A DNA stretch of 64,000 nt from Candidatus Doudnabacteria bacterium (GCA_963768175.1 CAVYGQ010000001.1:318305-382304), one strand, 5' to 3'; positions 53,348-63,308 are shown, counted from the first letter of the stretch. The notes: generated by a model not told the origin, from the letters alone. Numbers and translations: made by a program.

Positions 53348-54682
53348 ATGACAAAAATAGACATAGCAGGGTTAAAAGTTGACGCTATAACTAAAAAGGA
53401 ATTACTTGATAGTGTTCTCGGCCGAATAAAAAACGGACAAAAAACTTTTATTATAACCCCCTATTCCGAATTTTTATACCACGGTTTTCAGGACCCAAAA
53501 ATTTTGAAGATTTTTAACCAAGCCGATCTCTCCGTGGCCGACGGCATCGGCCTGTTTTGGGCCAAACGATTTTTGGATATCCCGCTGACCGCCAAAAGCT
53601 ACTGGGGAAAAGTTTTGCAGGCGGCTTGGCAAATCAAATTCAGCTTGGCGGCGATTATATTCTACCCGCGATGGATTAAATCGGCATTGCCGGAAAAGAT
53701 TGTCGGCGCGGATTTAGTCTGGGATTTGGCAAAACTGGCCGCCGATAATAATTTGTCAGTTTATCTGCTTGGCGGCTTTGGCAACATTCCGCAACTCGCG
53801 GCAGAAAAACTATCTACTGCTATAAACCGCGGCCGCGGTTTTAACGAGTATTTAAAAATTGCGGGGTCGTCGAATAAAAATTCTGACGATCCGGCAATCA
53901 TTGACGGCATTAATATGGCTAATCCCGACCTCCTGTTTGTTGCTTTTGGCCCGATTAAACAGGAACAATGGATAGCCGAAAATCTATCTAAGCTAAATAT
54001 TAAACTCGCAATTGGCCTGGGCGGAAGCTTTGATTATATTGCCGAAAAAAAATCCACGCCGCCCAAATTTATCCGCTACATTGGGCTTGAGTGGCTGTGG
54101 CGCTTAATTACCCAACCTTACCGCCTAAAAAGGATTTTTAACGCGACTTTCGGGCTAATATCGCGTTTGTGGCGCTATAAAGTCTTTATGAGCCTGCCTT
54201 ATAGGCCAAACGTGGTTTCTATAATCCTAAACAGCCAAAACGACATTTTAATTGCCTTAAGAAATCCTGCAGATAAAGACTTACGTGACGTCGGCGATTT
54301 TGACATGGTAAAATTTAAAAACTATTGGCAGTTTTCCCAGGGAGGCGTTGAGGCCGATGAAAATTTGGAAACCGGCGCCAGACGTGAAATTTTTGAAGAA
54401 TTGGGTATTAAGAATCTTAAATTTTTATTCCGTTCCAGCCAAACGCCAAACTATTTCTGGAAGAACGGCCTTCGCCCATTTTTTAATATTTACCATTACA
54501 AAGGCCAGCAGCAGCAAATACTTTACTTCAAGTTTACCGGCGAGGACAGTGAAATTAAATTGGATAATCAGGAATTTATCCAATATAAATGGGCTAAGCT
54601 TAAAGATCTGGATAAACTTATACATCCGGAAAGGCTGCCCTTGGCAAAAATCGTCCAGGAAGATTTGAAGGATTTGGCTTAA
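53348..54682 (+). CDS. WecB/TagA/CpsF-family glycosyltransferase fused to a C-terminal NUDIX hydrolase domain
   Basis: N-terminal GADLVWDLAKLAADNNLSVYLLGG...FVAFGPIKQE resembles WecB/TagA. The C-terminus has the Nudix box GGVEADENLETGARREIFEELGI. Trimmed to the Met at 53348. Confidence 0.55.
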   Translation: MTKIDIAGLKVDAITKKELLDSVLGRIKNGQKTFIITPYSEFLYHGFQDPKILKIFNQADLSVADGIGLFWAKRFLDIPLTAKSYWGKVLQAAWQIKFSLAAIIFYPRWIKSALPEKIVGADLVWDLAKLAADNNLSVYLLGGFGNIPQLAAEKLSTAINRGRGFNEYLKIAGSSNKNSDDPAIIDGINMANPDLLFVAFGPIKQEQWIAENLSKLNIKLAIGLGGSFDYIAEKKSTPPKFIRYIGLEWLWRLITQPYRLKRIFNATFGLISRLWRYKVFMSLPYRPNVVSIILNSQNDILIALRNPADKDLRDVGDFDMVKFKNYWQFSQGGVEADENLETGARREIFEELGIKNLKFLFRSSQTPNYFWKNGLRPFFNIYHYKGQQQQILYFKFTGEDSEIKLDNQEFIQYKWAKLKDLDKLIHPERLPLAKIVQEDLKDLA

Positions 54683-54762
54683 AATGATAGAATAACTCAA
54701 GCCAATGGGCATCTTTGGTCTAAGATGGTGCCCAGTCCAAAGATGCCCATTGGAGCTAATTT

Positions 54763-56328
54763 ATGACGAATAAAAATCCACAAATCCGCACCCGTTTCGC
54801 TCCCAGCCCCACCGGGTTTGTCCACATTGGCAATCTGCGCACCGCGCTGTTTAGTTTTTTGTTCGCGCGCCATAACGGCGGCGTCCACGTTTTACGGATT
54901 GAAGACACCGACCAAAACAGAAAAATGGAAGGAGCTTTGATAAACTTATTGGGCGTCATGAAAGTTATGGGTGTGGAATTTGACGAAGGCTATTGCTTAA
55001 AAGACAACCGCGAAATAGGGGAGAGGGGAGATTATGGCCCTTACCTGCAATCAAAAAGACTTGATAAATACCAGCGGCATGCCCAAGAGCTCATTGAAAA
55101 GGGCAAAGCTTATTACTGTTTTTGCTCCGAACAACGGCTGGAAGATTTGCGCAAAGAGCAAACCGCGCTAAAAAAACCGCCGATGTACGACCGGCACTGC
55201 CGCAATTTAACGGACGGCGAAGTTAAAAAATTGCGCAATGAATTTGCGGCGGCGGGCAAAAACCCGGTAATCCGTTTTGCCATTCCTCTGGAAGGGCAAA
55301 CCGTAATCCACGATTTGGTTTACGGCGACATAACTTATGAGCATAAAATTTTGGACGACCAGGTAATCATAAAGTCCGACGGCTTTCCGACTTACCATTT
55401 GGCCGTAGTCATAGACGACCATTACATGAAAATTTCCCACGTTATCCGCGGCGAAGAATGGATTCCTTCCACGCCAAAACATCTGTTGATTTACCAAGCG
55501 CTGGGCTGGGAGCCAACGCAGTTCGCCCATTTGCCACTGATAGTCAACCCGGACAAAACCAAACTTAGCAAACGTCAAGGCGATGTTAGTGTGGAAGACT
55601 TTATCCAAAAAGGATATTTGAAAGAAGCGCTAATTAACTTTGTGGCGTTTTTAGGTTGGAACCCAAAAACCGAGCAGGAATTATTTTCCATGCAAGACCT
55701 GATTAAGCAGTTTGATTTAGCAAAAATCAACAAATCCGGCGCGGTTTTTGACATCAACAAACTGGACTGGCTAAACAGCCACTATATCCGCCAAATGCCA
55801 ATTAAGGAATTAACCGAACGTCTGATTCCTTATTGGCAGGAGGCTAAATTGGCCATACACAAATTTTTGCAAAAAAAAGATTACTTGGCGGCAATTGCGA
55901 ATTTGGAAAGAGACCGCCTTAAAAAACTTTCCGAAATAGGGGAGAGGACAAAGTATTTTTTTGCGACACCCGAATATGACCAAAGCCTGCTCATTTGGAA
56001 AAAGTCCGATAAGAAAAAAATCAAACAGGCGTTGTTGGATTTAGTAAACTTGTTCGAAAATATGGACTTATCCGCCTTCGCTAAAGCTACGGCGGATGAC
56101 CCTCTACATTTTGTCTCGGCTACCGCCGAGACTATAGAAAAGTGGATCAAAAAAATGATTTCGGATAAAGGCTACGACAACGGCTCCGCGCTTTGGCCGC
56201 TTCGGGTGGCTTTAACCGGATTGTCCGCCAGCCCCGGACCTTTTGAAGTTTGCGCCACCATAGCCTTGGGCTTGGGCAAAGAAGAAATTTTAAAAAGGCT
56301 GAATGCCGCAATAGCAAAATTAGGCTGA
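54763..56328 (+). CDS. gltX: Glutamate--tRNA ligase
   Basis: HIGH motif (FVHIGNLRTALF), KMSKS motif (KLSKRQG), and class I catalytic core. Confidence 0.9.
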   Translation: MTNKNPQIRTRFAPSPTGFVHIGNLRTALFSFLFARHNGGVHVLRIEDTDQNRKMEGALINLLGVMKVMGVEFDEGYCLKDNREIGERGDYGPYLQSKRLDKYQRHAQELIEKGKAYYCFCSEQRLEDLRKEQTALKKPPMYDRHCRNLTDGEVKKLRNEFAAAGKNPVIRFAIPLEGQTVIHDLVYGDITYEHKILDDQVIIKSDGFPTYHLAVVIDDHYMKISHVIRGEEWIPSTPKHLLIYQALGWEPTQFAHLPLIVNPDKTKLSKRQGDVSVEDFIQKGYLKEALINFVAFLGWNPKTEQELFSMQDLIKQFDLAKINKSGAVFDINKLDWLNSHYIRQMPIKELTERLIPYWQEAKLAIHKFLQKKDYLAAIANLERDRLKKLSEIGERTKYFFATPEYDQSLLIWKKSDKKKIKQALLDLVNLFENMDLSAFAKATADDPLHFVSATAETIEKWIKKMISDKGYDNGSALWPLRVALTGLSASPGPFEVCATIALGLGKEEILKRLNAAIAKLG

Positions 56329-56547
56329 TTTTTTGTGAAGCTCTAGCAAGAACTTGGCGACTTCACTGCGTATCCGCCTTCGCTAAAAGCTTCGACGGAT
56401 CACCAGCCTAACTTGCGGAACCAGCCGCAGCTAAACTTAAAAAGTCTGATAAGTTTACAATATCCGTACCGCTTTCAGCCGCGGGAAGAACCCGCGGCCT
56501 TCAGCGGAGGCTGGTGAAAATCGGCCTTTTTTGGTATAATATAGCAG

Positions 56548-57903
56548 ATGTTAAAGCTATATGACACCAAAACAAAAGTTCACCCCGTTAAATTCAGACA
56601 AAAAGAATTTGTCTTGATTTTAAAAACATTTAACGGGGTAAAAATTGCCTTAGGCTTAATTTTCGCCTTAGTTTTAACTGTAAACTTTAATTTTGCTTTA
56701 GGTGATACAATATCCGACCAGCTGACGGCCAGCCAGCAAAAGTTACTGCAAATTAACCAACAAATAAAAGGATACCAACAGCAGGTCGCCGACACCCAGG
56801 CTAAAGCGAGTTCCTTAAAAAACGAAATCTCTATTTACAACGACCAAATTTCCTCGCTGGAGCTGGAAATAGAAGCCAACCAAACCCAAATAGACGACGC
56901 TAATCTACAAATCAGCCAGCTGCAACTGTTGATTAACCAAAAAAACCAGGAAATTTCCGACAACAAAAATATTCTTGGGCAACTAATTGTGGAACTGAAT
57001 GAATATGACGACCGGTATGCTTTACAGACAACTGTGGGCAGCAATAATTTATCCGATTTTTTGGATCAACTTCAATATACCCAAAACCTTCAGGACAAAA
57101 TTTACCAGCTGGTAAAAAAAATTGAAGATTTAAAAACCCAGCTCCAAAGCGAGCAGCACGACTTGCAAGTCCAAGCCACCCAACTGGAGCAGGCTAAAAA
57201 CCAACTGATAATAAGCCAAAGCTCTTTAACCACAGTCAGAAATCAAAAACAGCAGCTATATAACCAAACACAGGGCCTGGAAAAAAATTTCCAAAAACTC
57301 TTGGCTTCCAGCAAACAGGACGCGGCAAACTTACAAAAAGAAATTGAGGACTTGGACGCGCAAGCCCGCGCGAAGGTAGGCAAAAATATTATTACTGGGA
57401 CACCAGGGCTCCTGGCTTGGCCAATGGATGGAATAATTACCCAAGGTTACGGCAACACCGGCTTTACTGCCTTGGGATATGACTTCCATAACGGGATTGA
57501 TATTGCCGGGCCGCCCGGACAGCCGATTTACGCCGCGGCCGACGGCGATGTGCTTTACACCGACCAAAGCGACGCCGATTTCGGCAATTGGGTGGCGCTA
57601 AAAAGCACGCTTGCTATTACCAAAGGCGCCGCGCAAATTATTACGCTTTACGGCCATATGCAGAGTTTTAAGGTCCAAGTCGGCCAGCACCTTTCGCAAG
57701 GGAATTTAATCGGTTATGAAGGCAACACCGGTAACACAACCCGTTTAATTTACGGGCCGGAGAGGGGATACCATCTGCACTTTGGAGTCTATGATGCTAA
57801 CGGTTTTGGCGTAAGCCAAGGCAAATACACCAGCGTCTATGGCAATTATAAAGTGCCTTACGGCTATACTTATAACCCCTTGGACTTTTTGAGTCCCGAT
57901 TAA
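56548..57903 (+). CDS. M23-family peptidoglycan metalloendopeptidase with N-terminal coiled coil (EnvC-like)
   Basis: Long Gln-rich coiled coil. C-terminal HNGIDIAGPPGQPIYAAADGDV...GYHLHFGVY M23 motifs. Confidence 0.7.
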   Translation: MLKLYDTKTKVHPVKFRQKEFVLILKTFNGVKIALGLIFALVLTVNFNFALGDTISDQLTASQQKLLQINQQIKGYQQQVADTQAKASSLKNEISIYNDQISSLELEIEANQTQIDDANLQISQLQLLINQKNQEISDNKNILGQLIVELNEYDDRYALQTTVGSNNLSDFLDQLQYTQNLQDKIYQLVKKIEDLKTQLQSEQHDLQVQATQLEQAKNQLIISQSSLTTVRNQKQQLYNQTQGLEKNFQKLLASSKQDAANLQKEIEDLDAQARAKVGKNIITGTPGLLAWPMDGIITQGYGNTGFTALGYDFHNGIDIAGPPGQPIYAAADGDVLYTDQSDADFGNWVALKSTLAITKGAAQIITLYGHMQSFKVQVGQHLSQGNLIGYEGNTGNTTRLIYGPERGYHLHFGVYDANGFGVSQGKYTSVYGNYKVPYGYTYNPLDFLSPD

Positions 57904-58853
57904 TGCGCTATAATAAAGCCACTATGACAAAAATAAAAAAATGCTTCTTCACCTTACTGCTTTTGGAATTGTTTTTTGCCTATGTGCCGGCTTTTGCCCA
58001 AACCACCCCGCCACCTTACGATTATGGTGCAAATGCAGGCGTTTCCAAACAGATTGAAGCCTACCTCTGCAATCCCACGGCAAGCGGCAGCGGGATTTTA
58101 TACCAGTGCATTAACCAACTCTACAAATTTGCCATAATTTTAGCCTGCGTTCTTGGCGTACTTTTTATAGTCGTTGCCGGCTATGTTTATATGTCAGCCG
58201 AAGGCAATTCCGAGTCCATAGACAAAGCCAAAAGTATCCTAGAAAGCACTATTACCGCCCTGGTTATCCTTTTTGCAGGTTACCTTCTGCTTTCCACCAT
58301 AAACCCCGACCTGGTGCAATTCCACGGCAATACCTTGCAGCCGGTCAACATAACCGGGCCTTCGGGTACTGGTGGAGGAGGAGGGCAATGCCAAGCGCCA
58401 ACTGTTGGTCCCGCCACAGCTTCGGCTCTAGCACAAACCTGCTTTGGCATTAACGCAAACAATGCCGCCATGATTGCCGGTAAAGAAACCGGGGGCAACT
58501 CTACTATTGGCAGTACAGTCGATATATGCCAAGACCAAAACGGCAATAAAGTTCCGTATACAGGCCAATATTCATCATATTCCAACAAATACGCTTCTGT
58601 ATCTTGGGGCCTGTTCCAAATTAATCTATCAGCTCATCCTATTGTAACATCAAGCGGGACTACTTTGCCCTGTCCAACCGCTTTTAGCTCGCAATATTCG
58701 GGTTCAAATAAAAAATGCACAATCACAAATATGCCCTTATATGAACAATGTATAGGAGCGGCCATAGATGCGACGACAAACATTAATAATGCTTGCCAAA
58801 TCTCAAACAACGGAACAAACTGGAGCCAATGGCAAAATGAGTGCGGTTTTTAA
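57903..58853 (+). CDS. Membrane protein with two-TM pilin-like N-terminus and lytic-transglycosylase-like Cys-rich C-terminus (tentative)
   Basis: Signal peptide. Two adjacent TM helices separated by a short polar loop, in a VirB2/TrbC-like topology. C-terminal ...KETGGNST...SWGLFQIN resembles the E...GLMQ core of SLT/GH23 lytic transglycosylases. Confidence 0.3.
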   Translation: MRYNKATMTKIKKCFFTLLLLELFFAYVPAFAQTTPPPYDYGANAGVSKQIEAYLCNPTASGSGILYQCINQLYKFAIILACVLGVLFIVVAGYVYMSAEGNSESIDKAKSILESTITALVILFAGYLLLSTINPDLVQFHGNTLQPVNITGPSGTGGGGGQCQAPTVGPATASALAQTCFGINANNAAMIAGKETGGNSTIGSTVDICQDQNGNKVPYTGQYSSYSNKYASVSWGLFQINLSAHPIVTSSGTTLPCPTAFSSQYSGSNKKCTITNMPLYEQCIGAAIDATTNINNACQISNNGTNWSQWQNECGF

Positions 58854-58873
58854 ATTATAACTATACCTAATAT

Positions 58874-59326
58874 ATGAACAAAATTAACAAAATTATTATC
58901 ACAATATTTATTATCTTGATAATTTTTGGTTTGGCGGCTATTTTTACCATTTTAAAAAATAATCGGCCAACCAAAAGTGTTCCTGGGACAAAAACTATCC
59001 AAACATCCCAAGGGCCAGTTACCGTAAACGATTACACCCAACATCCGGCAGCAACAACCAGCGATGCCACGATTATTGAAGAAAACAGTGAATTCCAAAT
59101 TTTGAATTATAAAATAGACGGTTCTTTCTTAATTACACTTTTATCAACTCCATTAAAAAAAGCCCGGACAGATGCCGAAAACACCTTTCTGAAGGATCTA
59201 AACATTAATCAAACACAAGCTTGCAGCTTAAAGTCATCAGTGGTCGTACCACAAAGCATAGATACTAATTACTCAGGCAAGGAGTTGGGTATGGATTTTT
59301 GCCCTAATTCAGCAACTTTACCCTAA
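58874..59326 (+). CDS. Membrane-anchored hypothetical protein
   Basis: N-terminal TM and a 150-aa ORF. Confidence 0.4.
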   Translation: MNKINKIIITIFIILIIFGLAAIFTILKNNRPTKSVPGTKTIQTSQGPVTVNDYTQHPAATTSDATIIEENSEFQILNYKIDGSFLITLLSTPLKKARTDAENTFLKDLNINQTQACSLKSSVVVPQSIDTNYSGKELGMDFCPNSATLP

Positions 59327-59643
59327 ATAGGTCAAATCAACACCATAGAAACAATACCTATATTTAAGGCGTCTCAATTTAGTACGTCGTAAAAGTTACC
59401 TTATGCGACCTTATAAATATTGAACTTTCTAAGACCCCCTTCTAACAAACAAGCCGTCCTATATAGGAACGGCTTATTTGTTATTTATCGAAATATTTTT
59501 CAATTTAAAATTTTCATTCAGTTATGTAGGATTAAAATCGCTTTTTTTAAACTGAATTTTATCTAAACATAGTTTATCCCCTAATTCAGCTTTTGGTTTA
59601 CGAAATTTAGGCCGCCCGTATTGAATAAAAAGTACGCATTTAA

Positions 59644-60861
59644 TCAAGCCCTCATTTTTCGCATTTCGGCAACTATTCCGGATAAAACTCTTAATACATA
59701 GTCTAAATTGGCTTTTGTGGTGCTTTTGCCCAAGCTAAACCTTATACTGCTTAAAGCGGCCTTTTTTGACCGCCCAATGGCCAATAAGACATGGGACGCA
59801 TCACTACTGCCGGTACTACAGGCACTGCCGGTGGAAACGGCAATCCCGTAACTATCCAAATACAACATTAACGCTTCGCCTTCAACGCCTTTAATGGTAA
59901 CGTTGATATTATTTGCCAAGCGTCTATTACCATCGCTGCCTGGCCCATTTAACTCAACCCCCGAAAGTTTAACCAATCTGGAAATAAAGTAGTGTTGCAG
60001 TTTTCCGATCCTCCGATTTTCCGATTCTCTAATTTCCTGAACCGACTCCAAAGCCTTGGCCAAACCGACAATGCCGGGAACATTTTCCGTGCCGCTTCGC
60101 AAATCACGCTCCTGCCCGCCACCGTAAATAAGAGGCTCTAAATCCACGCCGTTTTTTACAAATAAAAAGCCTGTCTGTTTTGGGCCGTAAATTTTGCTGC
60201 CGTTTAGCGACATCAAATTTACGCCCAAACGGTTAACATTAACATCAAGATACCCGGCCGCTTGGCAGGCGTCCGTATGGAAGATTATTCGCGACTGATG
60301 TTTTTGCCCACGCTTTTGGTTTTCGCTTCTAAGCCACTTCCCTATCTCCGCAATAGGCTCTATTGTGCCAATTTCGTTATTGGCATACATTACGGAAACT
60401 AAAATTGTTTCCGGACGGACGGCCTGTTGTAAAGTTTTTAGATTTACAAAGCCGTATTTATCTACGCCGAGGATAGTCAGGCCAAACCCCTCCCCTACTA
60501 GCGATTTTGCGGGATTGATTACCGCGTGGTGTTCAATGGCGGAAATAATTATATGCGGCTCAAAAATTTTTGTGGGTTTATATTTTTTAGCAGTGCCCAA
60601 AATTGCCAAGTTACAACTCTCCGTGCCGCCGGCAGTAAAAATAATTTCTTCCTGCCGCGCCCCGATTATATCAGCTATCTTTTTTCTTGAACAATCAACC
60701 GCTTTTTTGGCCTCTCTCCCCTGCTTATACAAACTTGACGGGTTGCCAAAAGACTTGCCCCAAAACGGCTGCATGGCTTTTGCAACTTTTGGGTCAACCG
60801 GCGTGGCGGCGGCATAATCCAAATAAATGGGGCTCACTAATTTTTTTTCTTTGGGAAACAT
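59644..60861 (-). CDS. Cysteine desulfurase (class V aminotransferase, IscS/NifS-like)
   Basis: PLP-lysine region SLNGSKIYGPKQTGFLFV, HHAVINPA, and C-terminal active-site Cys loop GSACSTGS. Confidence 0.85.
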   Translation of the reverse strand: MFPKEKKLVSPIYLDYAAATPVDPKVAKAMQPFWGKSFGNPSSLYKQGREAKKAVDCSRKKIADIIGARQEEIIFTAGGTESCNLAILGTAKKYKPTKIFEPHIIISAIEHHAVINPAKSLVGEGFGLTILGVDKYGFVNLKTLQQAVRPETILVSVMYANNEIGTIEPIAEIGKWLRSENQKRGQKHQSRIIFHTDACQAAGYLDVNVNRLGVNLMSLNGSKIYGPKQTGFLFVKNGVDLEPLIYGGGQERDLRSGTENVPGIVGLAKALESVQEIRESENRRIGKLQHYFISRLVKLSGVELNGPGSDGNRRLANNINVTIKGVEGEALMLYLDSYGIAVSTGSACSTGSSDASHVLLAIGRSKKAALSSIRFSLGKSTTKANLDYVLRVLSGIVAEMRKMRA

Positions 60862-60899
60862 AGGTGGATTATAGCAAAAAACGGCGAATAAAAAAACCG

Positions 60900-61380
60900 C
60901 TCATTTATACTGGGCGGCGAAAGGAGGCAAGGCACATAAAAGCCGGGTCAGCTTAAAGTGTCTTGTGATTGCTACGAATTCCTCCTTTCGCCGCAACAGG
61001 ATAAAACAAGGCCACCCCCTGTTCTTCGGACTCAGCCTTCTCGCTGATCACCCGTGTCCTCGCCCGCCTGTTACAGCAGGTTTCGTTGAGCCCCCCAACT
61101 GAAGAACAGCAAAATTGGCCGGGGACTCAACAAAGATACAGAAGAAAAACCCTGGTTATCCTGTTCTTCCGAACCTGTCCAACGGACAAGACGGGGCCCA
61201 TTCCAAGCCTGGGCAACAGCCTCGGGCCAAGTAGGCACAGAATTCCCAAGATCCTTTTTGCATAATCATCACCCCGATTTTACGGGGCCACCCGCTACCG
61301 GCCTCTAGGTCATGCAAAAAAGAAACTAGGCTCACGAATTCCTACCTTCCCAAACTAAAATCAAAAAACTCTAATAAACT
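60900..61380. other. 480-nt GC-enriched non-coding island with no 60-aa ORF in any frame
   Basis: Contains a 14-bp inverted repeat gcggcgaaaggagg / cctcctttcgccgc enclosing about 60 nt, and acgaattcct repeated twice. Function unknown. Confidence 0.3.
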
Positions 61381-61405
61381 ATTATAATTACTCTATCAAG
61401 CCCTG

Positions 61406-61816
61406 TCAACGGCTGGATTTCACAAACCCGGCAGCCAAGGCTTCGGCTTCAGTGTTAAAACACTGCTCGGGTTTTACTCTGTTATAAAACGCCCCGCCCT
61501 GTACGTGGTAAATTTTCTTGCCAGTGGAAGATATATTTCCCTTTACCACGCACGTTGAAGCCTGGGTGCTGGAGGCTGCTGTTGTCGTCTTCCCCAAAAC
61601 TTGGCCTTGGGTGGAAGTCGCGGTATTAGCTGGTTTTTTGGCCGCAGCCGTGGTATAATTCGCCTGAGGTTTGCTGCTGTCTCTCCGTGTCTCGCGCACG
61701 TAGCTGCCCGCGCCAAAACCCACTATAAAGACCAATACAAAACTAAGCCCCAGCACGAGCTTATCTTTATTTTCTTTTTGTTTCAGCCAATCTTTTACTT
61801 TTTCGTAAAAAGACAT
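61406..61816 (-). CDS. Membrane-anchored hypothetical protein with conserved C-terminal domain
   Basis: N-terminal TM, Thr/Ala-rich linker, C-terminal KIYHVQGGAFYNRV...CFNTEAEALAAGF block. Confidence 0.4.
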   Translation of the reverse strand: MSFYEKVKDWLKQKENKDKLVLGLSFVLVFIVGFGAGSYVRETRRDSSKPQANYTTAAAKKPANTATSTQGQVLGKTTTAASSTQASTCVVKGNISSTGKKIYHVQGGAFYNRVKPEQCFNTEAEALAAGFVKSSR

Positions 61817-61934
61817 TTGCTTAATTATAGCACAGATTTAATGACAAGAGCGGCATGATTTAAATGATTGACAAGATTTGGTGCAATTAATTCATGTCAT
61901 TCTTGTCAATCGTGTCATTCTTGTCAATTATTCT

Positions 61935-63308
61935 ATGAAATACGCTTTTATTTTAGGGAGGGTTTATACTTTATCGGTGGCCGAACTTTTGGCTGTTTTG
62001 GAAAAAACAGACGCCTCTTTAGGCTTAACGGGTGAACCTGTGCAAATTTTGGAAGCCTCGGAAGAAGTTTTAATCGTAGAAACCGGAAAACCCCTTAACG
62101 TGGAAAGGCTGCAAAAAAAGCTCGGCGGGGTAATTAAGATTCTTGAGGTAGTTGATGTGATAAAAAAACGCGAACGGGATTCCATTAATTTTGCCCTAAA
62201 ACATTATTTTAAGCCCGGCATCCTTAAAAAACAGTTTTTTAAGGACTACAAAGGCAAAGTGCAGTTCGGCCTGAGCATTTATATTTTAGATATGGATCTG
62301 CTTAAACGCCCCGGGCCGAATCCGAGGGACAAAAACCAAGGAGTTTTTTCCGCCGGAGGCGGATCCGCCTTCGGCGGAAATTCTGTTTTTAGCGAGCCCA
62401 AAAGAGTAGGCATGATGATAAAAAACGGGCTTACCGAAAGCGGCGCCAGCGTCAGGCTGGTCTTGCCCGAATACAATTCCCTATCGCTGGCTTCGGTAGT
62501 GGTAACAAAAAATTTGCTTCTGCAAAAAGGCGCGGAGATTTGCATCTTGGCCGCCAAAGACAATATTTTTACGGCTAAAACTTTAACAGTGCAGGACTTT
62601 GAAGATTACGGCCGCAGGGATTATCAACGGCCTGCCAGGGACGAGAAACAAGGCATGATCCCCCCAAAAGTGGCGCAAATTATGCTTAACCTCTCGGGCT
62701 GCAAATCCGGGGACAGCATTTTAGACCCGTTCTGCGGCGTCGGCACAATTATCCAGGAAGGCTTGTTGCTTGGCTTCCGCATGATTGGCAGCGATATAAA
62801 TAAGCAGGCCATAAAAGGCAGCGAACAAAATTTGGAATGGTTCAGAAACCGCTACAAAATCGCTCCGGGAAAATACGGAGTGGAGGTTTCCAACGCCGCC
62901 AAGGTCGCCGATTTGATAGATAAATCCAAAAGCCAAATTTCCGCCATTGTCACCGAAGGCACCCTGGGGCCAATATACGGCCAATACCCCAAAGCCGACG
63001 AGATTGCCAAAAATTTTAAGGACCTGGAAAAACTTTATAAAGCCAGTTTTAAAGAATTTGCCAAATTTCTCCCCAAACAAGCCAAAATTGTCATGTGCCT
63101 GCCGGCTTACCGGAAAAGCCGCGACCAATACGAAATGTTCCCCAGCCTTGACTTCGCCCAAGCTTTAGGATATAATTTAGTGGATATTATTTCCCCATCT
63201 GTTGTAAAAAAACTTAAATTCCTCAAACTGACGACCAGAAACACGGCTATTTATGATCGCAAAGATCAGATTGTTGCGAGAGAGATAGTAATCTTTGAAA
63301 AAATATAA
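61935..63308 (+). CDS. THUMP-domain class I SAM-dependent RNA methyltransferase (Trm11/RlmL-like)
   Basis: Trimmed to MKYAF at 61935. Motif I ILDPFCGVGTIIQEG and acidic motif II MIGSDIN. Carries a GGSAFGG palindromic element in-frame. Confidence 0.5.
   Translation: MKYAFILGRVYTLSVAELLAVLEKTDASLGLTGEPVQILEASEEVLIVETGKPLNVERLQKKLGGVIKILEVVDVIKKRERDSINFALKHYFKPGILKKQFFKDYKGKVQFGLSIYILDMDLLKRPGPNPRDKNQGVFSAGGGSAFGGNSVFSEPKRVGMMIKNGLTESGASVRLVLPEYNSLSLASVVVTKNLLLQKGAEICILAAKDNIFTAKTLTVQDFEDYGRRDYQRPARDEKQGMIPPKVAQIMLNLSGCKSGDSILDPFCGVGTIIQEGLLLGFRMIGSDINKQAIKGSEQNLEWFRNRYKIAPGKYGVEVSNAAKVADLIDKSKSQISAIVTEGTLGPIYGQYPKADEIAKNFKDLEKLYKASFKEFAKFLPKQAKIVMCLPAYRKSRDQYEMFPSLDFAQALGYNLVDIISPSVVKKLKFLKLTTRNTAIYDRKDQIVAREIVIFEKI

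Noticed and set aside
54690-54762. T-box riboswitch upstream of gltX
   Set aside because: The region is only about 70 nt, whereas T-box leaders are about 200-300 nt with specifier and T-box sequences. Neither is present.
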